A stretch of 64,000 nucleotides of DNA from Lingula anatina (lineage: Eukaryota; Animalia; Brachiopoda): positions 48,338,788-48,402,787 of the forward strand of contig CM120640.1 of assembly GCA_051362555.1 (NCBI GenBank). The letters run 5' to 3'. The position numbers and the translations under genes are program-made. Positions 63,901-64,000 of the stretch are shown here, piece by piece. Position 1 is the first letter of the stretch, and each line of letters starts with the position of its first letter. The notes below the pieces were generated by a model. It was not told where the DNA came from, did not search any database, and saw nothing but the letters and a program-made list of their open reading frames with translations.

Positions 63901-64000
63901 GTGTGATGTCTCATCCTTTTCTTGTTGGAATAATAAGAGACTGAAACAAATATTGAGAGAGTTTTAACTTAAAAATTGATGGAGCAAAAAGTTGTCTTAA

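Noticed and set aside
32000-64000. The many 60-110 aa ORFs in the right half
   Set aside because: No recognisable domains, low-complexity or microsatellite-derived composition, and no consistent exon chain. This is expected noise in AT-rich DNA.

Overview
This is AT-rich, CpG-poor eukaryotic (animal) genomic DNA. The Ig sequences and repeat style suggest an invertebrate, probably a lophotrochozoan or mollusc (inference). The left half (0.6-31.3 kb) holds a + strand tandem cluster of intron-containing immunoglobulin-superfamily cell-adhesion genes of the IgLON/DIP/Lachesin type, which I reconstructed by hand from GT-AG boundaries and reading-frame phase. Gene 1 has 7 exons and 416 aa (signal peptide, 3 Ig domains, S/T stalk, GPI-type tail). 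Gene 2 has a single Ig domain whose second exon looks Dpr/ZIG-8-like rather than DIP-like. Gene 3 has 3 Ig domains, a short stalk, a fourth Ig1-like domain and an ambiguous last exon. Structure not shown by the ORF track includes three frame-preserving candidate cassette exons (48, 9 and 45 nt) targeting one loop of gene 1 Ig2, a phase-1 splice acceptor hidden in every signal-peptide sequence, and a family of duplicated hydrophobic terminal exons. Several fold-back MITE families are present, one with clear 5-bp target-site duplications. The right half (32-64 kb) has no supportable coding exons, only MITEs, microsatellites and short tandem duplications. All gene models are sequence-only predictions with no transcript evidence.
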